Assembly: GCA_963839375.1 (NCBI GenBank)
Contig: CAWIUY010000008.1
Span: 1 to 64,000 of the forward strand
Direction: 5' to 3'
DNA from: an uncultured Trueperaceae bacterium
Lineage (GTDB): Bacteria > Deinococcota > Deinococci > Deinococcales > Trueperaceae
DNA: 64,000 nucleotides
Under the pieces are notes generated by a model. The model had not been told where the DNA came from. It made no database searches and saw only the letters and a program-made list of their open reading frames with translations. A program made the translations under genes and the position numbers. Of the stretch, positions 1-12,828 are shown piece after piece. Numbering within the stretch: position 1 is the stretch's first letter; the number at the start of each line of letters is the position of its first letter.

Positions 1-158
1 GCCTCGGACCACAGGACGGTCATCTCGGGGGTGGCGTATCGCGCGATCATGGCGGGACGCTACCACCGGGGGCCGGACCGCTCGGCGGGCGCGTTCAGGC
101 GGGCGCGGGCCCCACGGCGCGCCCGTTCAGCCCGACCCGCGCCGCTCGACGGCCCCGT

Positions 159-1043
159 TCAGCGGCTCGCCAGCAGACGCGCGACCGCCAGGTCCTCGAG
201 CGCCACGCCGACCGACTTGAAGAGCGTGGGGCGGTCGTCGGCGGCCGTCAGGCGGCCGGTCAACAGGTCGGCCAGGTCGCCCGCCAGGGCGTCCCACGAC
301 CACCCCTCGGCCGCGGCCTGGATCAGGTCGCCGGCCTCGGCGCGGGCGGCGCCGACGATCGTCGACGACGACCTGCGCGCGTTCCACCGCGTCCGACGTC
401 GCTCTCGCGCATGGACGGGGTGAAGGCGCCGACCAGGTCGAGGTGTTGGCCCGGTCGCAGCCAGCGCCGTGCACGAGCGCCGCAGCGAGCGGTGGTCGCG
501 ACGCTCACGACGTCGGCCTCGCGCACCGCCGCCTCGAGGTCCGGCGCAACGTCGACCGCCGGCCGCACCGCCGCGCCCTCGAAGCCGGCGAGGATGCGCC
601 GCGACCACGCTCCGGCCCGTTCGGGGCGGCGGCCCCACACCCGCACGACTCTCGAAGGCGCGGACCTGCAGGTGCGCGCGCGCCAACCACGGCGCCAGTG
701 CGCCGGTGCCCACCACGAGCAGCGATCGCGCCGAAGGCGGCGCCAGCACGTCGGCCGCCAGCGCCGAGACCGCCGAGGTGCGCAGCTTCGTGAGCCCGCC
801 CGCGTCGACCCCCAGGACCGGGGCGCCGGTGGGGTCCATGAGCGTGTACCACGCCTGGACGCTCGGCCGTCCGGCCGCGGCGTTGGCGGGCAGCACGCTG
901 ACCTGCTTGACGCCGAACCAACCGTCGGCCGACGCACATGGCATCGCCAACCAGGCGCCATCGTCGGGCGCGTCGAGCTGCACGCGCTCGGTCCACTGGT
1001 ACGAGCCGCGCTGCTGGAAGGCGCTGCGGAGCGCCGCGAACAC
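159..1043 (-). pseudogene. ornithine cyclodeaminase / mu-crystallin family protein, frame disrupted twice (N- and C-terminal thirds in one frame, middle third in another)
   Basis: N-terminus [47 protein letters not shown] (Rossmann GxGxxA) and C-terminus [20 protein letters not shown] match the OCD family; the conserved middle ([15 protein letters not shown]...[10 protein letters not shown]...[21 protein letters not shown]) is only found in the overlapping ORF 323..1147; frame switches near 645 and 365. Confidence 0.6.
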
Positions 1044-1295
1044 GTCGCGCCAGGCGAGGCGGGCGACGTCGTCGTCGCGAGAGGAGTCGCATGCTCCAGC
1101 CTACGGGACCACGCGGCTGCCGGGCGGGCGCGCGGCGGCCCGGGCATCGTACCCGGGCCTCGTGGGTCCTGGACGGGGCCGACGGCGTCCGTCGCGAAGC
1201 GGGTGGTAGACTCGGCCGTTACCGCGGCGCCGTCGCCCTGCGGCCACCACCAGGGCCTCGGATCGAGGGCCGCATGCCACGTAGGAGGGCCCCCG

Positions 1296-3785
<2,490 letters not shown>

Positions 3786-3792
3786 GCCGCCG

Positions 3793-4733
3793 ATGACGGA
3801 GGGGCGTCCGGCGATCGTCCTCGACTGCGATCCCGGCCACGACGACGCGCTCGCGATCGCGGTGGCGGGCGTGCACACGGACCTCCTCGGCATCACCACG
3901 GTGGCCGGGAACGTCCCGCTCGACCTGACCACCCGCAACGCCCGGGCGATGGTGGAGGTGTTGGGCCTCGACGTGCCCGTCCACCGGGGCAGCCGGCGAC
4001 CCCTGGTGGCCGAGCCGCGCACGGCGGAGTTCATCCACGGCGCCTCGGGGCTCGACGGGCCCACGCTGCCGACCCCCACGCGCGACCTCGCCTCGGAGGA
4101 CGCCGTCGGGTTCCTGGTCGACACGGTGCGCGCCCGGCCCGGCGAGGTCTGGATCGTCGCCACCGGCCCGCTCACGAACGTCGCCCTGGCGCTGCGCACG
4201 GCGCCCGACGTGGCCGAGAAGGTCGCCGGGATCGCGCTGATGGGGGGCGGCGTGCCGTTCGGCAACGTCACCCCTTCGGCCGAGTTCAACGTGCTCGTCG
4301 ATCCGGAGGCCGCCGACATCGTGTTCCGCAGCGGCGCGCGGATCGTCATGGCCGGCCTCAACGTGACCCACCAGTGGATGATCGGTGCGCCGGTGGTGGA
4401 ACGCCTGCGCGCGGCACGGCGGTCGGGTGGCCGGCGTTCTGCGCCGACCTGCTCACCTTCTACGGCGAGGCCTACGCGCGCGCGTTCTCGGGCGTGGCCG
4501 AGGGGCCCTTGCACGATCCGGTGGCCGTCCTGGCCCTCACGCACCCGCACCTGCTCCAGACGCAGCGGTACCACGTGGTCGTCGAGCTCACGGGCACCCA
4601 CACGCGTGGCATGACGGTGGCCGACCTGCGCGGCGTGCAGCAGGGCGCCCCTGCCAACGTCGACGTCCTCACCCGCATCGACGCGGCGGCGGCGACCGAG
4701 GTGTTGATCGAAGCCCTCACCTCGTACGGCTAG
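3793..4733 (+). pseudogene. inosine-uridine preferring nucleoside hydrolase (IunH family), single frameshift near 4420-4435
   Basis: N-terminus ...VLDCDPGHDDALAIAVA... in ORF 3793..4614; conserved C-terminus (WPAFCADLLTFYGEAY...HDPVAVLALTHPHLL...) continues in ORF 4374..4733 in another frame. Confidence 0.6.
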
Positions 4734-4774
4734 CGCCCGCCGCCCCCACCCGCGCTCATCGCGGCTTCGGTAGG

Positions 4775-5464
4775 ATGCCAGCGGTGGTCGAGTTCCAGCA
4801 CGTCACGAAGACCTACGCCCGCACGCACACCCACGCGTTGCGGAACGTCGATTTCCGGATCCGCAAGGGCGAGTTCGTGTACATCACGGGCCATTCGGGG
4901 GCCGGCAAGAGCACCTTGTTGTCGCTCGTGCTGCGCCGGACCGTGCCCTCCGAGGGCGCGGTCGCCATCGCCGGCCAGGACCTCGCCAAGCTGCGAGAGG
5001 GCCAGTTGCCGCTGTTGCGGCGCCGCATCGGCATGGTGTTCCAGGACCATCGGCTGCTGCCCAAGCTGTCGGCGACCGACAACCTGACCTTCGCCCTGCG
5101 CGCCACGGGCGCCAGCGGTCAGCTCGAGCAGAAGGCGCTGGGCGCCCTGCGGCTGGTCGGCTTGGCGCACAAGCGCAAGGCCTTCCCCATCGAGCTCTCG
5201 TTGGGCGAACAGCAACGCGTCGCCATCGCGCGCGCGCTGGTCACCAACCCGCCCCTGCTGCTCTGCGACGAACCGACCGGCAACCTCGACCCCGACACCA
5301 GCTGGGAGATCCTGGAGCTGCTCGCCGACGTCAACATCAAGGGCACCACGGTCATCGTCGCCACCCACTCGCGCGACCTGGTCGACGCCATGAAGCGCCG
5401 CACCCTGGTGCTCCGCAACGGCGAACTCGTCCGCGACGACGACCGCGGCGGCTACTCGCTGTAA
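4775..5464 (+). CDS. ftsE: cell division ATP-binding protein FtsE (ABC ATPase)
   Basis: Walker A GHSGAGKST, Q-loop, signature LSLGEQQRVAIARAL, Walker B LLLCDEPTGNLD; ATG at 4775 within ORF 4385..5464; no ftsX follows. Confidence 0.85.
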   Translation: MPAVVEFQHVTKTYARTHTHALRNVDFRIRKGEFVYITGHSGAGKSTLLSLVLRRTVPSEGAVAIAGQDLAKLREGQLPLLRRRIGMVFQDHRLLPKLSATDNLTFALRATGASGQLEQKALGALRLVGLAHKRKAFPIELSLGEQQRVAIARALVTNPPLLLCDEPTGNLDPDTSWEILELLADVNIKGTTVIVATHSRDLVDAMKRRTLVLRNGELVRDDDRGGYSL

Positions 5465-5536
5465 TCGCCTGGCCCCCGCGGCCCCAGGTCCCCCACACGG
5501 TCCCGAGCGTCCCGACGCCCACCGGCACGGGCACGG

Positions 5537-5575
5537 CGGTTTCTAGCGTCGCGCCTTTGGCGACGCTAGAAACCG
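5537..5575. terminator. 16-bp perfect inverted repeat hairpin between convergent ftsE and phosphoesterase genes, followed by a second 7-bp hairpin (5579-5600)
   Basis: CGGTTTCTAGCGTCGC-gcctttg-GCGACGCTAGAAACCG seen directly; no canonical U-tract. Confidence 0.5.
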
Positions 5576-5602
5576 CAGGTGTCGCGTCTTCCAGCGACAC
5601 AC

Positions 5603-6352
5603 CTAGACCTGCGAGATCGAGTAGTCCAGCCGGTCTTCCGAGAGGATCATCTCGACGAACTGACGGTGCGCGAGCGCGTCGATCATCGCGAAGCCGTGGT
5701 CCTTGTCGAGGTAGACGCCTTCCTTCATGACCGTGTGGCCGTAGACACCGAAGCGGTGGCCGGCGTCGCGGACCAGCTCGGGCTTCTCGTACCACCAGGT
5801 CTTGGTGTCGGGGTCGTGATAGAAGAAATCGTCGAAGTACTGCATGCCGGGCGTCGGCCCGGCGTGCGCGAAGTGGACGCCGTGGTGGACGACCTGACGC
5901 GGGAACGACACCAGCCACGCCTTCAGGTCGTCGGGCAGCTCGACGCCGCCGCGCTCGCCGCAGAACTCGTCGTGTTTCAGGCCGCCGCGCGTGCCGAGCT
6001 CGTAGTTGTGCAGCACCGCCGCCTCGTCGTGGTTGCCCAGGATCACCTGCAGGTGGCCGTTGGCCTTCTCCACGAAGTCCTTGAACCGGTACAGCTCGCG
6101 GATCTGCGCCTTGGCGGCGCGGCGCAGGTGGTCGGGGTCGACGGGGTCGTAGGTCTCGGCACCGACGGCGACCGCGTACGCACGCTCGTCCTTGTAGTGC
6201 ACCAGGTCGCCGACGCACACCACCTCGTAGCGGCCCGACAGCACGGCGTCCGTCGGCTCGTATGTCGGCGTCGCCACGGCCGCCGCGCGCAACACCCGCC
6301 ACAACTCCGCCCACATGCCATGCACGTCACCGATCGCGACGACCTTGATCAC
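5603..6352 (-). CDS. metallophosphoesterase, PPP family (ApaH/PrpE-like Ser/Thr phosphatase or diadenosine tetraphosphatase-like)
   Basis: GDVHG ... GDLV ... GNHDE ... motif order typical of calcineurin-like phosphoesterases; start overlaps upstream gene stop by 4 nt. Confidence 0.75.
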   Translation of the reverse strand: MIKVVAIGDVHGMWAELWRVLRAAAVATPTYEPTDAVLSGRYEVVCVGDLVHYKDERAYAVAVGAETYDPVDPDHLRRAAKAQIRELYRFKDFVEKANGHLQVILGNHDEAAVLHNYELGTRGGLKHDEFCGERGGVELPDDLKAWLVSFPRQVVHHGVHFAHAGPTPGMQYFDDFFYHDPDTKTWWYEKPELVRDAGHRFGVYGHTVMKEGVYLDKDHGFAMIDALAHRQFVEMILSEDRLDYSISQV

Positions 6353-7140
6353 CCGCGACCCGCCGTGCCCTCACCGGCCGGGGCCGTCAACAGCAGCTCG
6401 CGGAGGTGGGCGTAGAGCTCGCGGGCGGCCTCCGGGTCCTTGCCGTAACCGCCGTACTTGACCAGCAGGCGTGCGGCCGCCAACCCCTGCCCCTCCCCCT
6501 TGAGCCGTTCGACCAAGCGATCGATCATCTGCTGGCCCGTCGGCTTGGCCGCGTTCCCGTCGGACGGGGCCAGGACGCCCGGCGCCTGAGCGGGCTCGAC
6601 GGGCGCAGGCGGCGCGTCGTCAGCGGCCGGGCGGTCGCCCGTCGGTTCCTGGGCCGCGTTCGGTGCCGCCGTCGTCGTCGGTGCCATCGCCACAGCGGGC
6701 CCGGCGCCCCCCGGGCCCACTTCGGCGAGCCCGTCCAGGTCCGGGGGATGCAGCGGCTCGAGCGTCTCGGGGTCGCACGGCAACCAGAACGACGCGCCAT
6801 GCGGCACGGGTGGACGCAGACCCAGCAGGTCGGCGGCAGCTGCGAACGCTACGTCGGCGGTCGCCGCGGCGCCGCCGACCACGCCCGGCGCCGCGACCGC
6901 GCCTTTGGTCACGCCCTCGACGATCAGATGACACGCGACCGCCCCGCCGACCAGGCCCTCGAAGCGGACGCTCCAGCCCGCGACGCCGAGCTCGTCGTCC
7001 AGGCGCTGGCGCAGGGCGTGGGGCGTGAGGTGCGCGATCACGTGCACCGACGTGCCACCCTCCGCCACCTCGATGGGTGACCAAGCGACGACATCGAGCG
7101 GAAACGGGGCAGCCAGACGCGACCAGACGTGCGCGGACAC
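6349..7140 (-). CDS. Rad52/22-family single-strand annealing protein, DdrA-like
   Basis: N-terminal ~130 aa (RLAAPFPLDVVAWSP...HVIAHLTPHALRQRLDDELGVAGWSVRFEG...) resembles the Deinococcus DdrA / Rad52 N-terminal domain as recalled from memory; low-complexity P/A-rich linker and a C-terminal helical tail. Confidence 0.55.
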   Translation of the reverse strand: MSAHVWSRLAAPFPLDVVAWSPIEVAEGGTSVHVIAHLTPHALRQRLDDELGVAGWSVRFEGLVGGAVACHLIVEGVTKGAVAAPGVVGGAAATADVAFAAAADLLGLRPPVPHGASFWLPCDPETLEPLHPPDLDGLAEVGPGGAGPAVAMAPTTTAAPNAAQEPTGDRPAADDAPPAPVEPAQAPGVLAPSDGNAAKPTGQQMIDRLVERLKGEGQGLAAARLLVKYGGYGKDPEAARELYAHLRELLLTAPAGEGTAGRG

Positions 7141-7260
7141 GCGCGCATGCTATCACGCCCTCTGCGGCACCCCGAGAGGCGAGATTCGCGCTGTAGCCGC
7201 GACTCACCGCGCTCCGCCGGCGTGCCAGAGGCGACCCCGCGGAGCGGTAAGCTGACGCCC

Positions 7261-9963
7261 ATGACCAGTGTCCATCGCCCCGCCCGTCTCATGCTCGCCC
7301 TGCTGGCGGTGCTCGTCGCGGCGACCCTCGGCTCGACCTGGGCCCAGATCGGTCCGACCGTCGCGCTGCTCGGCCCCGACACGGTCCGGCCCGGCGATTC
7401 GGTGCGGATCGAGGTCGAAGGTCTGCCCACCGACGTCGAGCACACCCTCCGCGTGGAGGCGCCCGGCGGCGGCGAGGTGACCCGCAACGTCACCCCCGTG
7501 CAGGGCCAGGTGGCCGTCGACGTCACCTTCGACACCGTCGGCCGGCACCTCATCTGGTTCGAAGGCCCCGACTTCCAGGCGCGCTTCGCCGTGGACGTCG
7601 AGGCTCCCGTCGACGCCACGGCACCCCCCGCCGACGCGCCACCCGCGGACGCACCGGAGGCCACCTCCCCGCCTGCCCTCGCGCCACCCGCCGACAGCGC
7701 CACGCCGGTCGAACCGGACCAGCCCCAGGGCGGCCAGCCCCAGGACGCCCAGCCCCAGGGCGCCCAGCCGCGCGACGTTCAGCCGCAAGCCCAGCCCGAG
7801 GCCCAGCCCGCACCGGCGCCCGAGGCCCAGCCCGAAGGCCAGCCCGCACCCGACGCCGCACCCGAGGCCGCACCCGACGCCGCACCCGAGGCCGCACCCG
7901 CGCCCGGCGCCGAGGCACCCCTCGAACAAGCGCCCGAGGCTGCGCCCGGACCCGCCCAGGCGGCCCCACCCGAGACCGAGTCACCCGCCCAACCGGCAGC
8001 GACGAGCGCCGACCAGGTCGCCCTGCTCGTCGAGGATGACGCCGTCGTCGCGCGCGAGCCCGACGGGAGCGTGCGCTGGCGTCTGTCGTTCGCGCCCTTC
8101 ACCGGCGGGCCGCAACTGGCGCTCACCCACCTCGGCCGCGGCTGGGTGGCGGTCGGCCATCAGGTCCTCACCGTCGACCTCGCCAGCGGCGTCGTCGAGG
8201 AACGGGTGCCCACCAGCGGGACCGTGGTCGACCTCCGTCCCGTGGGGACCGGTCTCTCCGTCCTCAGCGAGGTGGTGACGCCCGACCGGCGCCTGGCCGT
8301 CGAAGCCCGCCTCGCCGATGGCACGCTCACGCCCGTGGCCGTGTTCGACCCGACCAGCACCCTGTTCGACGCGTTGGTGAACGAAGCCAACGTGGCCGAT
8401 CCGAGCGCGCGCCTGGCGCTCGACCCCACCAACCCCTTCTTGCACCTGGCGGCCGCGCGCGCCGCCGCGACCGAGACCGACCGGGAGGCCTCGATCGAGG
8501 CCGCCTTGGAAGCCGCCACCACCTTCTACGACCTCGCCCGGCTCGCCCGCGCGTTCGCCGCCCAGGGCTGGTGGGAGGCCGCCGATCGAGCGATGGCGCT
8601 CGCCGCCGCCGACTTCCGCGAGCGCGGCTACGACCCGGCGCTGCTGACCTCCGCCGAGGTCCACGAACGCTACGGTTTCCCCCTGCAACCGCTGCAGAGC
8701 GCGCTCGGGCGGGGCGACCTGGTCGCCGCCGACCTATGGGCGCGCTGGACCTACGAGCTCTCGGGCCCGCACCTCCCGGGGGCCGGCGCTGCCCTGCGCG
8801 CGTACGCCGCCGCGCTCGCCAGCGTCGACGACCGCGCCGGCGCGGCGCTCTGGCGCGAACGCGCCGGCGAGCGCACCAACCCGGTCGTCGCCGACGTGAT
8901 CGCACGCGCCGCCCTGGCGCTCGGCAACGCCGGCCGCTACGCGGTCGTGGCGCTGCTGATCGCGTTCGTGGCGCTGCACCTGACCCTCATGGCGAAGTAC
9001 GCACGGGCACGTGCGCTGGCCATCCGCCAGGCGCACGAGGCCGGGCGCCGCGTACCCGCCTGGCCCTGGACGCGGTCGATCCGCTACGACGGACTCACCG
9101 AGAAGCTGGTGCTGATCCTGCTGCTCGTCAGCGTCGTCGTGGTCGTCGCGCTCGCCGGCTGGACGCAACGCACCGATCCCGTCGCCGACCTCGTCGCGGC
9201 CGGCCACCTCGACGCGCCCGGGTTGGCCGTCTACGGTCAGGACCCGCACGCCGACCCGGTGAGCGCCGCCTGGGTGGCCGCGTACCGTGCCGATCGCGAG
9301 GGCGACCCGGACCGCGCGCTCGAGGTCCTCGAAACCGCGGGCGTGTCCAGCGACCGCGCGCTGGCGGCGGTCGCCGCCGGTGAGCCCCTGCCGGCCCCGG
9401 CGCCCCACACGGTGCGCGCGGCGGCCGGCGGGACCTGGTACGCGGCGGTCGGCGAACCCTTCCGCGACCCGTTGTCGCTGCTCGACGACGACGCACGGCT
9501 CGACGGCATCGCCCGTTGGGCGTGGCCGGCGCTGGTCGTGCTGTTGGCCCTGCTGCTGCTGATCCACGTCCTGGCGCTGTTCGTGCCGCGGCCACGGCTG
9601 GCCCGTCACGCCCCGCGCCCGCTCGGGTACCACGTGTTGGCGCTGTTGCTGCCGGGCAGTGGTCAAGCCGACGAGCTGTACGGCATCTTGCTGCTCCTCC
9701 CCTGGGCGGTGTTCGGGATCGACGTGGTGGTGCAGCTCACCGGCGGCTCGACACTGCTGGGCATCCGCTTCGGGACCGGCGTGGTCGTCCTGGCGGTGCT
9801 CTACGCCTTCAACGTCATCGCCTGGGCGGTCGAGCTGGGCTCCGTGCGCAAGCGGCACCGCGAGCTGCGCGAGACCGAGCCCGAACTGGCGCGCGCGTAC
9901 GGGTTGGCGCCGGCGCCGCGGCGTCCCAGCGAGACCATCACCGTGCCCGAGCTCGAGGGCTAA
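7261..9963 (+). CDS. large hypothetical secreted/membrane protein with a Pro/Ala/Gln-rich repeat region and C-terminal multi-TM domain
   Basis: signal-peptide-like N-terminus MTSVHRPARLMLALLAVLVAATLGSTWA; low-complexity (APEAAPDAAPEAQP...) segment ~7600-7990; several hydrophobic helices in the last ~350 aa; ATG at 7261 within ORF 7129..9963. Confidence 0.6.
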   Translation: MTSVHRPARLMLALLAVLVAATLGSTWAQIGPTVALLGPDTVRPGDSVRIEVEGLPTDVEHTLRVEAPGGGEVTRNVTPVQGQVAVDVTFDTVGRHLIWFEGPDFQARFAVDVEAPVDATAPPADAPPADAPEATSPPALAPPADSATPVEPDQPQGGQPQDAQPQGAQPRDVQPQAQPEAQPAPAPEAQPEGQPAPDAAPEAAPDAAPEAAPAPGAEAPLEQAPEAAPGPAQAAPPETESPAQPAATSADQVALLVEDDAVVAREPDGSVRWRLSFAPFTGGPQLALTHLGRGWVAVGHQVLTVDLASGVVEERVPTSGTVVDLRPVGTGLSVLSEVVTPDRRLAVEARLADGTLTPVAVFDPTSTLFDALVNEANVADPSARLALDPTNPFLHLAAARAAATETDREASIEAALEAATTFYDLARLARAFAAQGWWEAADRAMALAAADFRERGYDPALLTSAEVHERYGFPLQPLQSALGRGDLVAADLWARWTYELSGPHLPGAGAALRAYAAALASVDDRAGAALWRERAGERTNPVVADVIARAALALGNAGRYAVVALLIAFVALHLTLMAKYARARALAIRQAHEAGRRVPAWPWTRSIRYDGLTEKLVLILLLVSVVVVVALAGWTQRTDPVADLVAAGHLDAPGLAVYGQDPHADPVSAAWVAAYRADREGDPDRALEVLETAGVSSDRALAAVAAGEPLPAPAPHTVRAAAGGTWYAAVGEPFRDPLSLLDDDARLDGIARWAWPALVVLLALLLLIHVLALFVPRPRLARHAPRPLGYHVLALLLPGSGQADELYGILLLLPWAVFGIDVVVQLTGGSTLLGIRFGTGVVVLAVLYAFNVIAWAVELGSVRKRHRELRETEPELARAYGLAPAPRRPSETITVPELEG

Positions 9964-9969
9964 GGCTCG

Positions 9970-10866
9970 GTGCGCCGCCCGAACGCGGCGACCGGCTACG
10001 GGCTCGTCTTCGTCGCCGCGGTCCTGTGGGGGCTGATCGGCCTGTTCTCGCGCACGATCCTCGACGCCGGCATCGGTGCGCTCGAGATCGCCTTCTGGCG
10101 CGCCGTCTTGGCCGGGGGGGCGTTCCTGCTCCACGCCGCCGTCGTCGGCCGTCTGCGGGTGCGGACCGTGACCGACGGCGCAGCGCTGACCGCGTTCGCC
10201 CTGGTGGGCGTGACGCTCTTCTACGCGTCGCTGAACCTGGCGATCGACGCCGGCGGTGTCAGCCTCGCGTTCGTCCTGCTCTACACCGCACCCGCCTTCG
10301 TGGCGGTCCTGGCGTGGCCGCTGCTCGGCGAACGGTTGACGCGTCGCAAGGCGTCGCTGGTGCTGCTCGCCGCTCTGGGCGTGGTGCTGGTCGCCCGGGC
10401 CGGCGGCGGCGGTGTGCACGCGACACCGGCCGCGCTGGGGTGGGGGCTCGCGGCCGGTGCCTCGTACGCCGCCTACTACCTCTTCGGCAAGTGGGTGCTC
10501 CACCGTTACGCGCCGGTGACCATCTTCGCGGTCGTGCTCCCGATCGGCGCCCTGGGCCTGTGGCCGTTCGTGACGTTCACCGCCAAGGACCCGGTGGTGT
10601 GGGCGTGGCTCGTCGCTTTGGGCCTGGTGTCGACCTACCTCGCCTACCTCGTCTACTACACCGGCCTGCGCGCGACCGAGGCGTCGCGCGCCGTGCTGGT
10701 CGCGACCGTCGAGCCCGTCGTCGCGGCGGCCTTGGCGGCGGCCGTGTTCGGCGAACGGCTCGGTCTCGTGGGCTGGTTGGGCGCCGGGCTCATCCTCGCG
10801 GCCGCGGCCGGGGCCGCGACCAGGCCGCGCGCCGTCGGGCGACGATCGGGTACGGCTGCCGGTTGA
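9970..10866 (+). CDS. EamA/DMT-family transporter
   Basis: 10 predicted TM helices with duplicated EamA-like halves (LWGLIGLFSR... / YAAYYLFGKWVL...). Confidence 0.7.
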   Translation: MRRPNAATGYGLVFVAAVLWGLIGLFSRTILDAGIGALEIAFWRAVLAGGAFLLHAAVVGRLRVRTVTDGAALTAFALVGVTLFYASLNLAIDAGGVSLAFVLLYTAPAFVAVLAWPLLGERLTRRKASLVLLAALGVVLVARAGGGGVHATPAALGWGLAAGASYAAYYLFGKWVLHRYAPVTIFAVVLPIGALGLWPFVTFTAKDPVVWAWLVALGLVSTYLAYLVYYTGLRATEASRAVLVATVEPVVAAALAAAVFGERLGLVGWLGAGLILAAAAGAATRPRAVGRRSGTAAG

Positions 10867-11066
10867 CCGCCCCCCGCGCCGGTGCTACCCTTCGGACCGT
10901 ATGCACGCGGTCTGCAAGGTCTTGCAGGCCGTTCGCCTTCACCCTCATGCCCCAGACGAACCAGCCCCGCCCCCGCGCACGACGCCGCTGAACCACCCGC
11001 ACGCAGGGTGGTCGGAAGCTCGTGCGCCGGTCCGGCGTGGCTCGTCGCTGCCGATCCGGAGGAACC

Positions 11067-12299
<1,233 letters not shown>

Positions 12300-12306
12300 G
12301 GCGATC

Positions 12307-12828
12307 GTGACGGACACGCTGGCGCCCCCCGCGGTGACCGGCCGGCCAGGACAGGCGTACGAGGCCTCGCGGATCCGCTTGGCCACGTCGAAGGACCTCG
12401 GGGCGCTGGTGGCGCTGTGGCGGCTCGCCTACCCGGACGCCGCCATCGGGCCGGCCGAGATGGCGAGCTGGCTCGAACATGGCGGGGCCTTGACCATGGA
12501 GGCCCGCGACCGCACCCTGCTCGCGGCCTTGCGGTGGCGCCACGAGGACAACGGTTGGCGCGTCGACCGCGTCGCCACCCGCCCGGACGAGCGCGGCCAA
12601 GGGTACGGGCGCTGGCTGACGACCAAGGTCGAGGCGCTGGCGATCAAGCACTCCATCTCGCACCTCAGCCTGACCCTCCCCGACGAAGACGACGACGAGC
12701 AGCTGGCCTACTACCAGCGGATGGGATACGCCCTCGCCGCCGACGACGCCGAGGGCCGCACCTTGCGGAAGGTGGTGGGCGGCGAGTGGCAGGTCAAGGC
12801 GCCCGCCCACCCCCCGGTGGAAGCGTGA
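12307..12828 (+). CDS. GNAT-family N-acetyltransferase
   Basis: acetyl-CoA binding motif RPDERGQGYGRWL; GTG start 6 nt after argG stop; stop overlaps argH start (GTGA). Confidence 0.6.
   Translation: MTDTLAPPAVTGRPGQAYEASRIRLATSKDLGALVALWRLAYPDAAIGPAEMASWLEHGGALTMEARDRTLLAALRWRHEDNGWRVDRVATRPDERGQGYGRWLTTKVEALAIKHSISHLSLTLPDEDDDEQLAYYQRMGYALAADDAEGRTLRKVVGGEWQVKAPAHPPVEA

Noticed and set aside
8734-10503. 589-aa minus-strand ORF
   Set aside because: Antisense to the large membrane protein and the EamA gene. Composition is non-protein-like.
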